Positions 63,467-64,000 of a stretch of DNA of 64,000 bases are shown piece by piece; within the stretch, counting starts at the first letter, position 1; every line of letters begins with the position of its first letter. Where the stretch lies: assembly GCA_015680685.1 (NCBI GenBank), contig MNCI01002984.1:586248-650247 (forward strand), in the 5' to 3' direction. The position numbers and the translations under genes are program-made. Source of the DNA: Gnetum montanum (taxonomy: Eukaryota; Plantae; Gnetophyta). The notes below the pieces were generated by a model, which saw nothing but the letters and a program-made list of their open reading frames with translations, was not told the origin of the DNA and did no database searches.

Positions 63467-64000
63467 TATCCCTCTTTGTTGGTATTTATACTTTCATCAT
63501 CATGCAGTCTCAATTGAAGAATTCGTTGACTGTAAAATGAAAACAAATTTGGATTTGGAAACAGAATAAAAGAATTGACAATAAAAAAACAGTTTTTTAT
63601 GGTGCCGATGCGCTCATGTTTTCTTTTTATGGTTTCAAAACAAGAGAAAGAAATAGCCACTAGAAGAATTGGCAATCATGCATGAAGAAGAAGATGCTTT
63701 TAACTCCAACAGCCAAAACCTTGATTGATTTATGAATAAAAATAATTAATGATGTGTGCTATAATATTGATTATATATTAGAATTCAAAATACATAATTT
63801 AATGCATTCTTCAGCTCACAACGGAAAAGAGTCGTATAATCGGAACAATGGCTGAGTACAGAAATCAACACTGATTTTCAGACAGACAGAACAATCTTAA
63901 AAGAAATATTCATTCTACAAAAAGCAATAAAGCAAACAACCACCTATGAGCCAAATAAAAATTCAACAAATACTACAAGAGGAAAAAGAGCAAACAATTC

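Noticed and set aside
63454-63675. ORF with an acceptor-like site as a further UBP6 exon
   Set aside because: The peptide does not resemble UBP6 and no good in-phase donor is evident.

Overview
Plant nuclear DNA; the element types and heavy C>T/G>A decay suggest a large-genome seed plant, possibly a gymnosperm (inference). Bases 1 to ~58,430 are a nested stack of old, stop-riddled LTR retrotransposons: (A) Athila-type Gypsy, minus strand, 1-12543, with an Ogre/Tat solo LTR in its gag; (D) the 3' end of a second Athila-like element, whose LTR is split by (E), a pol-less gag-only SIRE-like Copia with TTCAT target-site duplication (TSD); (C) the 3' part of an Ogre/Tat element (RT-RH-aRH-INT, repeat array, 3' LTR) abutting the gag of (B), a plus-strand relative of A; an unclassified remnant with two tRNA-like cassettes; (F) a second gag-only SIRE-like element; and (G) a full-length decayed Copia carrying a younger 459-bp insertion with a 15-bp TSD. 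The last ~5.5 kb is host DNA with the 3' exons of an intact minus-strand ubiquitin-specific protease gene (UBP6/UBP7, USP14 family). Almost all entries in the ORF track are decayed TE fragments or noise. I see no evidence of a wholly new biological system. The best leads are the gag-only family with a conserved triple splice donor, an intron-containing accessory gene, repeated Ogre insertion into Athila gag, tRNA-like cassettes and a C-tailed retroposed insert. All coordinates were read by eye.
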